Part shown: piece by piece, positions 39,176 to 49,642 of the stretch
Layout of the letters: every line of letters begins with the position of its first letter
Position numbering within the stretch: the stretch's first letter is position 1
From: an uncultured Pseudomonadota bacterium
GTDB lineage: Bacteria > Oederibacteriota > Muellerivitia > Muellerivitales > Muellerivitaceae
DNA length: 64,000 nucleotides
Direction: 5' to 3'
Assembly: GCA_963770835.1 (NCBI GenBank)
Contig: CAVYRH010000005.1
Span: 288,001-352,000 of the forward strand
Position numbers and translations under genes: made by a program
The notes under the pieces: generated by a model
The model's database searches: none
What the model was told of the DNA's origin: nothing
Seen by the model: only the letters and a program-made list of their open reading frames with translations

Positions 39176-41671
39176 ATGTTCATCCCTGTCTTCCTTTTTT
39201 TGTTTGTCTTTGAAACCTACCTGCTGACCCATTGCGCCACCTTCAATATCAACGACTCGGGCGAAACCATCATGGTCTGCAAACTATTGACCATCAGCCA
39301 TTCCCCCGGCTATCCCCTCCACACCCTTTGGGGAAATGTCAATTGCCTCCTGCCCATCGGGCAGCCCATGTTCCGGGTGACCTTCGCCTCCCTGCTGACC
39401 TCCAGCCTCTCCGTGGTCATGATTTACCTGATCCTGCGGTTGCTGTTCAAAGGGATATTCGAGGCGCAGGCCTCCTCACCCGCCCCTGCCCAACCGGCAC
39501 CCGAAACGCCCCAACCCACACCCTGGCTCTGGGAAATTCCGGCGCTTTTTGGGGCCCTGGTTTTCGCCTTCTCGTACCAGCATTGGTTCCAAGCCGGCGG
39601 TGCCAAAGGGGGGGTCTATACCCTGAACACCCTGCTTTATACCCTTATCGTTTACTTCCTCTTTAAGATGCGCCAAAGCGGCTGGTTCCTGAAGTCCTTC
39701 TTCGTCATCGCCTTCCTCTTCGGCATGGGGTTGACCCACCACTGGCACGACCAGTTGGCCATGTTTCCGGGATATCTTTGGTTGATCCTGAACAACCAAA
39801 AGAAGGTTCCCTTGGACGACCTTTACCGATGGGTGGTTCATCCCGCCTTTTCCATTTCCCTGTCCGCGCTTTTCGTCCTGGCCTTCATTTTGGGGTGGCC
39901 CATAACTTCCTCCGCCTCGGATGGGTTCATCCTGGCGATGACCGTGGTCATCGGGGCCTTGGTTGTGGCGGTGACCGTCATCTTCATCAGCATTGCCATC
40001 CGTTTCCATGGGTGGTTTTTCCTGTTATTTACCGCCATGGGCTTCGCGATCATCGCGGTCATCTTTTTGACTTTTTTCAATTACTTGATTCCCCCCTTGT
40101 ACCTGTTCGGTATCGCGGCCTTTTTCGTGGCCATGGCCATCCTGCCCCGCATTTTCGGGTGGATCAATTCCATCCGCGCCATGGTTTTCGGGACCATCCC
40201 CCTGTCGGTTTATTTGTTCATGCCGATCCGTTCGGTGCAGAACCCCCTAGTGAACTGGTGGAACCCGGATAACTGGCAGCGGCTCAAGGAAACGATCCTT
40301 CGCAAGGGCTACCAGGACATTGGGGACAAGGATTTTTGGGCTTCCTACACCCGCAACGTCAAACGGTTTTGGTTCCACGCCCAGGACCAATACGGGGCGA
40401 TTTTCACCATCTTGGTCATTCTTCTCCTCATTTGGGGCCTTTATTGGCTTTTAAAGCGCCAAAAAACCACTCCGCCGGGTATTGTCTTGATGGCCGGTGG
40501 AATCCTGATGGGCGTTTGGATGTATTGCAAGCCGCTGGAAGGCTACCAGTGGACCTTGGACAACTTTTTTTCCACGATCTTCCTGATTATGGCCTTGTTC
40601 GCCGCCGCAGGCGTGGCGGGAATCCTGGAATGGATCGCCAAGGAACTCCCCTACCGCCAGACGGGTATTTTCGCGGGGGCTTTCTGCATGTCCCTGGCTT
40701 TGATGCCCCTGATCCTGAATTACCACGCCGACGACCAAAGCCGTTACGTCAGCTCCTACGACGAGGGCATGAACATGCTCAAGACCGTCAACCGCGACGG
40801 CGTCATTCTTTGCAACGGCGATATCGACATTCTCCCGCTGTGGTACCTGCAGTTCGTTGAGGGTAAAAGGCAAGAGGTTGTCAGCTTCACCATGCAGCTG
40901 ATTCCCTACGATTGGTACAGGGACCCTCTTTTCAAACGCTGGCCCTTCCTTTATGTCCCCATGCGCAAGGACGTTTACGGCCGGGAGGACATCCGCCCCG
41001 ACACGGTCGTGCAGGATATGATCGACCAGCATTCCAAGGACCGTTCCTTTTACTTTACCAACATCTTCACCGCGCCCTGGATGCGGGAGAAAAACCAGGC
41101 CCTGCCCGAGGGGTTCCTTTGGCGAATGGTAAACACCAAGGACCTCAGCTATCCCATCACTTCCGAGCGGATCAACCAGCTTTGGGATACCTACCGCCTG
41201 CGGTATTTGGACGCGCCCGACCGGGGTTATTGGGATGAGTACACGGATGTCATGAAGGACTCCTACGGTATCGGCTACGATTTCACAGGTTATTTCGCCT
41301 ACATGAATAAGATGCCGGACCTGGCCCTTTGGAGCTTCAACAACGCTCTCAAGTACCGGCAACCCCAGACCTTGGGGCGTATTTACATGATGCTGGGTGA
41401 AACCTACCTGGGGATGAACGATTTCGCGGCGGCGGTCAACAATTACCAGGAATCCCTGAAGCGGGACTCGCGGAACCCCGGCGTACCCTATATTTTTGCC
41501 CGGATGGGCGACGCCTACCGGCTAATGAATGATTACTCCAACGCCGATGCGGCCTACCACCAGTCCCTTCAGTTTAATCCCCAGCAAAAGGAAGCCTTGG
41601 ACGGCCTTCAGCTGCTGAACAGCGGTAAAAAAGAAATGCCAACAGGGGCGCAGGGATTCATTCGTCCGTGA
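39176..41671 (+). CDS. DUF2723/TMEM260-like membrane glycosyltransferase with C-terminal TPR
   Basis: DSGE...HSPGYPL N-terminal motif, many TM helices, GDIDILPLWYLQ, TPR-like C-terminus. Confidence 0.75.
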   Translation: MFIPVFLFLFVFETYLLTHCATFNINDSGETIMVCKLLTISHSPGYPLHTLWGNVNCLLPIGQPMFRVTFASLLTSSLSVVMIYLILRLLFKGIFEAQASSPAPAQPAPETPQPTPWLWEIPALFGALVFAFSYQHWFQAGGAKGGVYTLNTLLYTLIVYFLFKMRQSGWFLKSFFVIAFLFGMGLTHHWHDQLAMFPGYLWLILNNQKKVPLDDLYRWVVHPAFSISLSALFVLAFILGWPITSSASDGFILAMTVVIGALVVAVTVIFISIAIRFHGWFFLLFTAMGFAIIAVIFLTFFNYLIPPLYLFGIAAFFVAMAILPRIFGWINSIRAMVFGTIPLSVYLFMPIRSVQNPLVNWWNPDNWQRLKETILRKGYQDIGDKDFWASYTRNVKRFWFHAQDQYGAIFTILVILLLIWGLYWLLKRQKTTPPGIVLMAGGILMGVWMYCKPLEGYQWTLDNFFSTIFLIMALFAAAGVAGILEWIAKELPYRQTGIFAGAFCMSLALMPLILNYHADDQSRYVSSYDEGMNMLKTVNRDGVILCNGDIDILPLWYLQFVEGKRQEVVSFTMQLIPYDWYRDPLFKRWPFLYVPMRKDVYGREDIRPDTVVQDMIDQHSKDRSFYFTNIFTAPWMREKNQALPEGFLWRMVNTKDLSYPITSERINQLWDTYRLRYLDAPDRGYWDEYTDVMKDSYGIGYDFTGYFAYMNKMPDLALWSFNNALKYRQPQTLGRIYMMLGETYLGMNDFAAAVNNYQESLKRDSRNPGVPYIFARMGDAYRLMNDYSNADAAYHQSLQFNPQQKEALDGLQLLNSGKKEMPTGAQGFIRP

Positions 41672-42459
41672 GTGAGCGCAACATCCGTCTCACCGTCGAA
41701 TACGACGGGACGGCTTACTCAGGCTGGCAAAAACAGCCCCAGGCCCCCACGGTCCAGGGAGCCCTGGAGGACCGCTTAAAACTGATCTCCGGCCATCCGG
41801 TGGACCTTTTGGTGGCGGGCCGCACGGACGCCGGGGTGCATGCCCTGGGCCAGACCGCCAATTTCCACACCCGTTCCCCCCTGTCCGTCGGCCGCATCTA
41901 CCAAGTGTTGAACCAGCTTTTGCCCCATGACATCCGCATCGTGAAGGCGGAGGAAGTTCCCGCCACTTTCCACGCCACCTATCACGCCTCGGCCAAGCTG
42001 TACCGCTACGTCATCCGCAACGCCAAGGACTATACGGTCTTCGACCGCCACACCTATCATCACTTGCGCCTGCCGTTGGACCTTCCGGCCATGCGGGAGG
42101 CCGCCCGGCACTTGGTGGGAACCCATGACTTCACGGCCTTCCGGGGAACACTAGGGAAACGGGCAAACCCAAAGCGCACCTTATTGAAGATTGAGATCAA
42201 AAAGAAGGGCCCGGATGTGATCCTGGATTTCACCGGGGAGTCCTTCCTCCACCAAATGGTGCGCATCTTGAGCGGGACCCTGGTGTACGCGGGGACGGGA
42301 AAGATCGCCCCCGGGGACATACCGGCCATCCTGAAGTCCAAGGACCGGAAAAAAGCCGGGCCGACCCTGCCGCCCAACGGGCTTTTTTTGGTGAAGGTGT
42401 TCTACCCCAAAGTTTTCCCGCCGGTGAAAAAGCACAGGCCGCGAGAGGTGGAGGAATGA
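41668..42459 (+). CDS. truA: tRNA pseudouridine(38-40) synthase
   Basis: YDGTAYSGWQ, AGRTDAGVHA, GTHDFTAF, FLHQMVR. Confidence 0.96.
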   Translation: MSERNIRLTVEYDGTAYSGWQKQPQAPTVQGALEDRLKLISGHPVDLLVAGRTDAGVHALGQTANFHTRSPLSVGRIYQVLNQLLPHDIRIVKAEEVPATFHATYHASAKLYRYVIRNAKDYTVFDRHTYHHLRLPLDLPAMREAARHLVGTHDFTAFRGTLGKRANPKRTLLKIEIKKKGPDVILDFTGESFLHQMVRILSGTLVYAGTGKIAPGDIPAILKSKDRKKAGPTLPPNGLFLVKVFYPKVFPPVKKHRPREVEE

Positions 42460-43052
42460 AGCCGTCCATGGTTCTTTACCGGCTGGGAGCCCTGGGGGTT
42501 TTCTTGACCTTCGGCGTTTTGGGGGAGGAACCGCTGGCGGGATCCCTGCGGCAGGATCCTTCCGTTTGGCTGGGAACCGCCATCCTTTTCGGGTTCGCCG
42601 GATTAGCCGGGTTGTTTCTTCTCTCGGTGCGTTATGACTGGCTTCGGCGGGAGAACCGGACCTTGATGTTCTTTTCCCACGGCGCGGCCCTGATCGCCGT
42701 GCTTTGGCTGATCCTCTGGTGTTTTGTCTGGCTGGCGAAGATGATGGCCATGGGCGACAACGCGGAAATGTACATCAAGCACACCGCCTACCTGCACCTG
42801 TTCGGCGTGAGCTTCGCCATGGCGGGCTACGCCACGGGTTGGATGGCCCCCCGGCTGGGGGAGCGTTCGGCGAGGTTTTTGATGACCGTGGGCTGGGCCG
42901 TCAGCTACATGGCTTGGTTCAACCTGTTTTTGCAGCCCGCCCTGAAGTGGCTCTGGGCCCCCGCCATCGGCGGCCTTTTGGCGGCCTTGGGTGCCTTTTT
43001 GATGTCCCGGGAGCCAAAAAGCAACATTGTGACGGCAAAGTCACTGACGTAG
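42456..43052 (+). CDS. Hypothetical membrane protein
   Basis: About six hydrophobic segments, translationally coupled to truA. Confidence 0.6.
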   Translation: MKPSMVLYRLGALGVFLTFGVLGEEPLAGSLRQDPSVWLGTAILFGFAGLAGLFLLSVRYDWLRRENRTLMFFSHGAALIAVLWLILWCFVWLAKMMAMGDNAEMYIKHTAYLHLFGVSFAMAGYATGWMAPRLGERSARFLMTVGWAVSYMAWFNLFLQPALKWLWAPAIGGLLAALGAFLMSREPKSNIVTAKSLT

Positions 43053-43193
43053 AATGATCCGTCCAAAACACCAAAAAGCTTTATTAGCCACAGATGCACA
43101 CGGATAAACACAGATTAGAATTTTAAGAAAATCCGGTTTGTCGTCCGTGTGAATCCGTGTTCATCCGTGGCAAATCATTTTAAAGGATTTTCC

Positions 43194-44645
43194 GTGGCCT
43201 ATGCTTCTTTAGTGGAATTTGTCGAATTCCTCGAAAAAAAAGACGAACTGGTCCGCATCCAAGACGAGGTGGATCCGGTCCTGGAAATCACGGCTATCGC
43301 CGACAAGGTTTCCAAGTCCCCCCAGGGCGGCAAGGCGCTTCTTTTCGAGAAGCCCAAGGGAAGTTCCTATCCTGTCCTCATCAACGCTTTTGGTTCCTAC
43401 AAACGCATGAGCTGGGCCTTGGGTGTGGAGGATCTGGAGGAACACGCCGAGGCACTACGGGAACTTTTAGAGTTGAAGCCTCCCAAAGGTTTCGTCGAAA
43501 AGCTGAAATTCCTGCCCAAGTTGGCCGACATCGCCAAGTTCCCGCCGACGGAAGTGGGAAAGGGCGCCTGCCAGGAGGTAGTCGAAAACAAGCCGGATTT
43601 GACGACCCTTCCGGTTTTGAAATGCTGGCCCCAGGACGGGGGCCGGTTCATCACTTTTCCATTGGTCTATACCCAGGACCCGGAAACGGGCGTCCGCAAC
43701 ATCGGTATGTACCGCATGCAGGTCTATGACGCTACCACTACCGGCATGCATTGGCAGGTGCACCACGGCGGGGCGGGGCACCACCGCAAGGCGGAGAAGA
43801 TGGGGAAGCGACTGGAAGTGGCGGTGGCCTTGGGCGGCGATCCGGCCCTTACTTACGCGGCCACGGCGCCCTTGCCGGAAGGTATCGACGAACTGCTCTT
43901 CGCGGGTTTTTTAAGGAAAAAAGCGGTGGAACTGGTCAAGTGCAAGACCGTCGACCTCATGGTCCACGCCGACGCTGATTTCGTGTTGGAAGGCTATGTT
44001 GAAGCCGGGGAACGCCGGTTGGAGGGGCCTTTCGGCGACCATACGGGCTATTACAGCCTGGCGGACCAATACCCGGTTTTCCACGTGACTTGCCTTACCC
44101 GCCGCAAAAACCCCGTTTATCCCACCACTATCGTGGGCAAGCCGCCCATGGAGGATGGTTATTTAGGGAAGGCCACGGAACGGTTGTTCTTACCCCTAAT
44201 GCGGAAGGTGCTTCCGGAGGTTGTGGATATGGACCTGCCGGTGGAAGGCATCTTCCACAATTTGGCGATCGTCTCCATCGACAAGCAGTATCCGATGCAC
44301 GCCCGCAAGGTCATGTTCGCCCTTTGGGGCTTGGGGCAGATGATGCTCAATAAAATCCTGGTGATCGTGGACAAGGATACGAACGTGCATGACTACGGCC
44401 AGGTGCTGTGGCGGGTCGGCAATTGCATGGACGCCAAAAGGGATGTGGTGATTACCGAAGGTCCCCTGGACGTGCTGGACCACACCTCGCCCATGTGGGC
44501 CTGGGGCGGGAAGATGGGAATTGACGCCACGAAGAAATGGAAAGAAGAGGGGTTTAACCGGGAGTGGCCGGAAGAGTTGGTGATGAGCCAGGATGTCGAG
44601 AATAAAGTAATGCCGATCCTCAAAAAATATGGATTAATCAAGTAA
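43194..44645 (+). CDS. UbiD-family menaquinone biosynthesis decarboxylase
   Basis: RNIGMYR, EGPFGDHTGYY, KMGIDAT, and location in the mqn cluster. Confidence 0.92.
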   Translation: MAYASLVEFVEFLEKKDELVRIQDEVDPVLEITAIADKVSKSPQGGKALLFEKPKGSSYPVLINAFGSYKRMSWALGVEDLEEHAEALRELLELKPPKGFVEKLKFLPKLADIAKFPPTEVGKGACQEVVENKPDLTTLPVLKCWPQDGGRFITFPLVYTQDPETGVRNIGMYRMQVYDATTTGMHWQVHHGGAGHHRKAEKMGKRLEVAVALGGDPALTYAATAPLPEGIDELLFAGFLRKKAVELVKCKTVDLMVHADADFVLEGYVEAGERRLEGPFGDHTGYYSLADQYPVFHVTCLTRRKNPVYPTTIVGKPPMEDGYLGKATERLFLPLMRKVLPEVVDMDLPVEGIFHNLAIVSIDKQYPMHARKVMFALWGLGQMMLNKILVIVDKDTNVHDYGQVLWRVGNCMDAKRDVVITEGPLDVLDHTSPMWAWGGKMGIDATKKWKEEGFNREWPEELVMSQDVENKVMPILKKYGLIK

Positions 44646-44656
44646 AGGAACCTGAA

Positions 44657-45346
44657 ATGAGCCAGCAAATTCAGACGATGTTTTCGAATATAGCATCTAC
44701 CTACGACCGGGCGAACCACGTCTTGTCGTTCAATAAGGACGTCCAATGGCGCAAGGATGCGGTTCAACAGATGCTCAAGGACGGGTTCAAACCCAACCGC
44801 GTGTTGGACCTCTGCGCCGGCACGGGGGATTTCGCCCTGGCGGTCAGGGAGCAGGTGCCTGGCGCCCAGGTGATCCTGGCTGACTTTTCCAAGCCCATGC
44901 TTCTTTTGGCTAAACAAAAAACAGGGATGACACAGGGTTTTGAAATCCTGGAGGCTGATGCTTTGAAACTGCCTTTCCAGGACATGACCTTTGACGCGGT
45001 GGTTTGCGGGTTCGGCGTCAGGAACCTGGACGTATTGGAGAAGGGTTTGAGGGAAATTGCCCGAGTCTTGAAGCCCGGCGGGAAAGCCGCCATCCTGGAG
45101 TTTTTTAAACCGACGGGCTTCCTCAACCGGCTCGCCCATGCCTTTTACGTGGGAACCATTGTCCCAATTCGGGGCGGTGTCATTTCCGGCAACAAGGAAG
45201 CCTATGACTACCTCCAAAAATCCGCGAAGAATTTCACTTCCCTTAATGAATTCAAGGGACTCATGGAAAAATGCGGGTTCAAGGACGTTGCCTCTGAAAG
45301 CAAAACCATGGGGGTAGCCGTCAGCATCGTTGGGATTCGAAAGTAG
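44657..45346 (+). CDS. menG: UbiE/MenG quinone C-methyltransferase
   Basis: YDRANHVLS, LDLCAGTGD, FGVRN, AYDYL. Confidence 0.88.
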   Translation: MSQQIQTMFSNIASTYDRANHVLSFNKDVQWRKDAVQQMLKDGFKPNRVLDLCAGTGDFALAVREQVPGAQVILADFSKPMLLLAKQKTGMTQGFEILEADALKLPFQDMTFDAVVCGFGVRNLDVLEKGLREIARVLKPGGKAAILEFFKPTGFLNRLAHAFYVGTIVPIRGGVISGNKEAYDYLQKSAKNFTSLNEFKGLMEKCGFKDVASESKTMGVAVSIVGIRK

Positions 45347-45353
45347 GAGCCGC

Positions 45354-45935
45354 ATGAAGAAAATACTTGTCGCAGTCACCGGGGCTTCGGGCACCATCTA
45401 TGCCCGCAGGTTTTTCCAGCATTTTCCCTACGACGATTGGGAAGCGCACGCGGTGGTTTCCGAATCGGCGCGGATCGTGGCTTCCCACGAGGGTGGGCTG
45501 AATCTGCCACCCCATGTGAAGGAATGGGAAGAAAAGGATTTGACTGCCCCCTCAGCCAGCGGCTCCAACAAGTTCGAGGCCATGGTGGTTATTCCTTGTT
45601 CCACCACCACCCTGGGGAAATTAGCCCACGGCATCGCGGACAATTTGATTACCCGTTCCGGGGAGGTCTTCCTGAAAGAACGCCGCAAGCTCATCCTGGT
45701 GCCCCGCGAAACGCCCCTCTCCCTCATTCAGATCAAGAATATGGAGCTACTTACATTGGCAGGTGCCCATGTCATACCCGCCACTCCCAGCTTTTACGGT
45801 AACCCCAAAACCATTGAGGATGTGGTGGATACGGTGATCGCCCGGGTTTATGACCATGCGGGTATCCAGGCGGAAGTATCGAAACGTTGGAGGGAAGAAG
45901 AAACAGAGAAAAAAGAAAAACATTTGGAAGCTTAA
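45354..45935 (+). CDS. ubiX: Flavin prenyltransferase
   Basis: TGASG, ASGS, PCS, LKERRKLILVPRETP. Confidence 0.92.
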   Translation: MKKILVAVTGASGTIYARRFFQHFPYDDWEAHAVVSESARIVASHEGGLNLPPHVKEWEEKDLTAPSASGSNKFEAMVVIPCSTTTLGKLAHGIADNLITRSGEVFLKERRKLILVPRETPLSLIQIKNMELLTLAGAHVIPATPSFYGNPKTIEDVVDTVIARVYDHAGIQAEVSKRWREEETEKKEKHLEA

Positions 45936-45952
45936 TTTTTCAGGGGAAAAGT

Positions 45953-46666
45953 ATGAAAAGGTTATTTTTTACTTTTGCTGTGATGTTGTTTACTTTTCCC
46001 GTTTCGGCGGATGATTTGCAGCCTGAACCTCTAAACCAGGCGATCAAGGAATACAAGAAATTCTCTAAAACCGACGATGTTGATCCGGCGAATGACGTAA
46101 TTTGGAAACTTTATGTTCTCTTCAATGTAGGCTCGAATGCATCTTATGGATCGATTACGTCCGGTTCGTTATTCTTGGGAGCCGCTTCGTCTGGGATATC
46201 TTCGCTTGTGATTTTTCAGAAAACGGATAGTTATTCAAATCCTGACACTTTGTTGGCAGGATTGACCTCGGAACCTGATTTTTTTGTCTTGCTTCCCGTC
46301 AACAATCTTTATAACTATTTTCGTCCCATTCCCAAACCGGGTGATGTTATTGTCTTAAAGGGGAGAATTTCGGGCCATTTCAATTATCAAACTCATGCTG
46401 GTCAAAAAGTTTTTATCTTAAGCGCCCTCAATCTTTATTTGGAAGATGGGAAAAAACTTCCATTCGAACATTTTGACCCTCCGAGGGACTATTCTATAAT
46501 GCCTTCGGTTACGCCTGCGATTTTGACCCCCGAACCGGTGCCTGCTTCGATGGCTGGCCCGACAACGACTTCGACTAGTGTGGTTTTTACACCAGCTTCG
46601 CCAACGGCTGTTGCTTCATTTACTGCGACTCCAGGCTTCTTCAAATCCAGAACCGTAAACCAATAA
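45953..46666 (+). CDS. Hypothetical exported protein
   Basis: Signal peptide, Thr/Pro tail, lower GC than neighbours. Confidence 0.6.
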   Translation: MKRLFFTFAVMLFTFPVSADDLQPEPLNQAIKEYKKFSKTDDVDPANDVIWKLYVLFNVGSNASYGSITSGSLFLGAASSGISSLVIFQKTDSYSNPDTLLAGLTSEPDFFVLLPVNNLYNYFRPIPKPGDVIVLKGRISGHFNYQTHAGQKVFILSALNLYLEDGKKLPFEHFDPPRDYSIMPSVTPAILTPEPVPASMAGPTTTSTSVVFTPASPTAVASFTATPGFFKSRTVNQ

Positions 46667-46692
46667 ACCATTTTGAATAAAGGCATAGCAGG

Positions 46693-47565
46693 GTGACTCT
46701 TCAAAAACTCAAAACCCTTTCCGATCTTGTGGTTTTGCCCCACTCCGTATTCGCCCTTCCGTTCGCTTTGGCGAGTCTTTTGACCGCTACCCACGGCAGG
46801 CCGTCCCTTCACGTCCTATTTTGGGTCATTGTGTGTATGGTTTTGGCCCGGACAACGGCCATGGCTTATAACCGGCTGGTGGACGCGGACATCGACGCTA
46901 AAAATCCCCGGACCCAAAACCGGGACATTCCAGCGGGGCGCATTAAGCCCTGGCAGGTACGGCTTATGACGGTCATTTGTTCCCTTTGTTTTGTGCTGGC
47001 CTGTTATCCCTTGAATGTCCTGGCATTTAAGTTGTCCCCCCTGGCGCTCGTCATTGTCTTCTTTTATTCCCATACCAAGCGTTTCACTTGGGCTTCCCAT
47101 TTGTTCCTGGGGTTGGCGTTGGGGGTTGCCCCGGTCGGGGCCTGGATCGCGGCCACGGGTGCTTTCGCACCGGAACCTTTCTGGTTGATGGCCGCCGTTA
47201 TCTGTTTCCTGGCGGGTTTTGACATTCTCTACGCCACGCAAGATGAGGCTTTCGACAGGAAAGAGGGGCTCCAGTCCTGGGTCGTGCGCTGGGGCTTGCC
47301 TAATAGCCTGAAAGCCTCTCGATTCTTCCATGCCTGTATGTTAGGATTTCTGGCCGGTTTCGGGGTTCAGGCCGGGTTTTCGCCCATCTATTACTGGGGA
47401 ATCGGCGTTATCGGGGCGGTCCTGCTTTACCAACATAAAAATGCTTACAAGTTGGAAGCCGTCGGCGGCAGTTCGCAGTTTACCCTTTCTCCTTCCATGA
47501 TGAAGATGAACGGGTGGATTTCCATCCTCTATTTCGCTGTCGTAGGAGTCACCATTTGGTTCTGA
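46693..47565 (+). CDS. UbiA-family polyprenyltransferase (MqnP-like)
   Basis: HSVFALPF, NRLVDADIDAKNPRT, YSHTKRF, GFDILYATQD. Confidence 0.9.
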   Translation: MTLQKLKTLSDLVVLPHSVFALPFALASLLTATHGRPSLHVLFWVIVCMVLARTTAMAYNRLVDADIDAKNPRTQNRDIPAGRIKPWQVRLMTVICSLCFVLACYPLNVLAFKLSPLALVIVFFYSHTKRFTWASHLFLGLALGVAPVGAWIAATGAFAPEPFWLMAAVICFLAGFDILYATQDEAFDRKEGLQSWVVRWGLPNSLKASRFFHACMLGFLAGFGVQAGFSPIYYWGIGVIGAVLLYQHKNAYKLEAVGGSSQFTLSPSMMKMNGWISILYFAVVGVTIWF

Positions 47566-48680
47566 AAAAGCTTTTAAACCAGTCGCCCCTCAAAGACATC
47601 TATGAGAAAGTTGAAAAAAGCATCCGAATCACGGATGAGGATGCCCTCCGTCTTTACCAGACCAACGATCTTTATATTTTGGGAGCCATAGCCAACCTGG
47701 TTCGGGAAAGAAAAAACGGGAACGACACTTACTACAACATCAACCGGCATATCGACTACACCAACGTCTGCGCCACCACCTGCAAGTTCTGCGCTTTTTC
47801 CAGGTTTGAGGGGGAAGAAGGCGCCTTTGAGTTTACCCACCAGCAGATCGCCCAAAAAGCCAAGGAAGCCTTCGAAAAGGAACATATTACGGAGCTGCAC
47901 ATCGTCGGAGGCCTCCACCCGACTTATGATTTCGAGTGGTACGAGGACATGCTACGGCTCTTGAAGAAAACCGTGCCCAGTGTGCACCTGAAGTGCTTCA
48001 CGGCCGTGGAAATCAACTTCTTCGCCGACAAGTACAATCTGTCCTACGGGGAAGTGTTGAGCCGGTTAAAAGCGGCGGGGTTGGATTCCATGCCCGGCGG
48101 CGGAGCCGAGATTTTCCACCCAGAGGTAAGGGAGCAGATCTGCCCCGGCAAGGCTACGGCGGACCAATGGATTGAAGTACACCGCACCGCCCACGGTCTG
48201 GGGTTCAAGACCAACGCCACCATGCTTTACGGCCATATCGAGAAATACGAGCACCGGGTGGACCATATGCGGCGCTTGAGGGAACTGCAGGACGAGACCG
48301 GCGGCTTCCAAACTTTTATCCCCCTGGCCTTTCACCCCGACCACACGGCCATGGACCATTTCGCCCGGCCCTCTGGCATGGAAGACCTGAAAACCCTGGC
48401 CGTTGCCCGGGTTTACCTGGACAATTTTCCCCATATCAAGGCCTATTGGATCATGTTGGGCGTGAAGCTGTCCCAGCTTTCCCTTTCCTACGGCGTGGAC
48501 GACATCGATGGAACGGTGATCGAAGAAAAAATTTATCATATGGCCGGAGCGGATACCCCGGAGATCATGACGGTGGGGGACCTGCGGCGCCTGATCCGGG
48601 AAGCGGGCCGCACACCCGTGGAACGGGACACGTTGTACAAGGAACTTAAAACCATTCAGGAACCGGCACTCTCGAAGTAA
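47514..48680 (+). CDS. mqnE: Aminofutalosine synthase (radical SAM)
   Basis: CATTCKFC, LHIVGG, PGGGAEIF, HIKAYW, GTVIEEKI. True start probably somewhat downstream. Confidence 0.88.
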   Translation: MDFHPLFRCRRSHHLVLKKLLNQSPLKDIYEKVEKSIRITDEDALRLYQTNDLYILGAIANLVRERKNGNDTYYNINRHIDYTNVCATTCKFCAFSRFEGEEGAFEFTHQQIAQKAKEAFEKEHITELHIVGGLHPTYDFEWYEDMLRLLKKTVPSVHLKCFTAVEINFFADKYNLSYGEVLSRLKAAGLDSMPGGGAEIFHPEVREQICPGKATADQWIEVHRTAHGLGFKTNATMLYGHIEKYEHRVDHMRRLRELQDETGGFQTFIPLAFHPDHTAMDHFARPSGMEDLKTLAVARVYLDNFPHIKAYWIMLGVKLSQLSLSYGVDDIDGTVIEEKIYHMAGADTPEIMTVGDLRRLIREAGRTPVERDTLYKELKTIQEPALSK

Positions 48681-48704
48681 ATTTCAAGTTAAAGAGGATA
48701 TGGA

Positions 48705-49625
48705 ATGAGCGATACCACTGCCGATACCCCAGCTGCCGCGCCTGCCCCGGCGCCAAAACCGGCGGTGACGCCCGCACCTGTGGCGACAGCAACTCCCGCT
48801 GCGGCTCCCGCAGCCACTGCCACTGCGGCTCCGCCAACGGCTGCACAGCCGGTTAAATTCATTGCGAAGCCCATGAATATCGGCGTCATACCCTTCCTCA
48901 ACGTCCAGCCACTGATCTGGGATATGAAAAACCACCATCATTTATTTCCCGTTCCCCCCAGCCAAATGGGCGCCTTGCTCAAAAAAGGCCAACTGGATGT
49001 GGCCATTGCTCCCGTCGTGGTGAAATTCCTGAATCCGGAGCTCCAGATTGTTCCGGTGGCGGCCATCGGCTGCAAGGGGCCGGTCAAAAGTGTCCGCCTA
49101 CTGTCCCACGTTCCATTAGATCAAGTGACCCGGCTTTTCGCCGATTCGCGTTCCCAAACTTCGGTCCTTTTGACCCGTTTGATCCTGAAAAAATGGTATG
49201 GGGTCAAGAAACTGGAGGTGAAGCACGTGGAGACGGAAAGCTTTAAGCCCAACCAAACCAAGCCCTGGGAAGCATCCCTGCAGATTGGGGACATTGCTTT
49301 GGAATCAGCCCCTTCCGGCATGAACGTTTTGGACCTGGGCGAGGAATGGTTCCTTCGTACCCAAAAACCCTTCGTCTTCGCCGTCTGGATGGCCCGTAAC
49401 GTACAGGTTGCCCGTGAGATCGAAATGGACCTTTTGGCCGCCAAGACCGAGGGTCTCAAGCATATTCTGGAGATCGTCGATGGTTACCATGGCATCTGGG
49501 TTTTCCACCGGCCCCAAGCCAAGGAATACCTGGAAAAGAACATCGATTTCACCTATACCGCTAAAGAGGTCCAAGGCCAGTTGGAATTCGAGAAACTGCT
49601 GAAAGAAGAAGGTTTAATCCTTTAA
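48705..49625 (+). CDS. mqnA: Chorismate dehydratase with Ala/Pro-rich N-terminal extension
   Basis: IPFLNVQPL, GPVKSV, SQTSV, IGDIAL, DLGEEW...PFVFAVW. Confidence 0.88.
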   Translation: MSDTTADTPAAAPAPAPKPAVTPAPVATATPAAAPAATATAAPPTAAQPVKFIAKPMNIGVIPFLNVQPLIWDMKNHHHLFPVPPSQMGALLKKGQLDVAIAPVVVKFLNPELQIVPVAAIGCKGPVKSVRLLSHVPLDQVTRLFADSRSQTSVLLTRLILKKWYGVKKLEVKHVETESFKPNQTKPWEASLQIGDIALESAPSGMNVLDLGEEWFLRTQKPFVFAVWMARNVQVAREIEMDLLAAKTEGLKHILEIVDGYHGIWVFHRPQAKEYLEKNIDFTYTAKEVQGQLEFEKLLKEEGLIL

Positions 49626-49642
49626 TACCGAGGAAACGTTGA

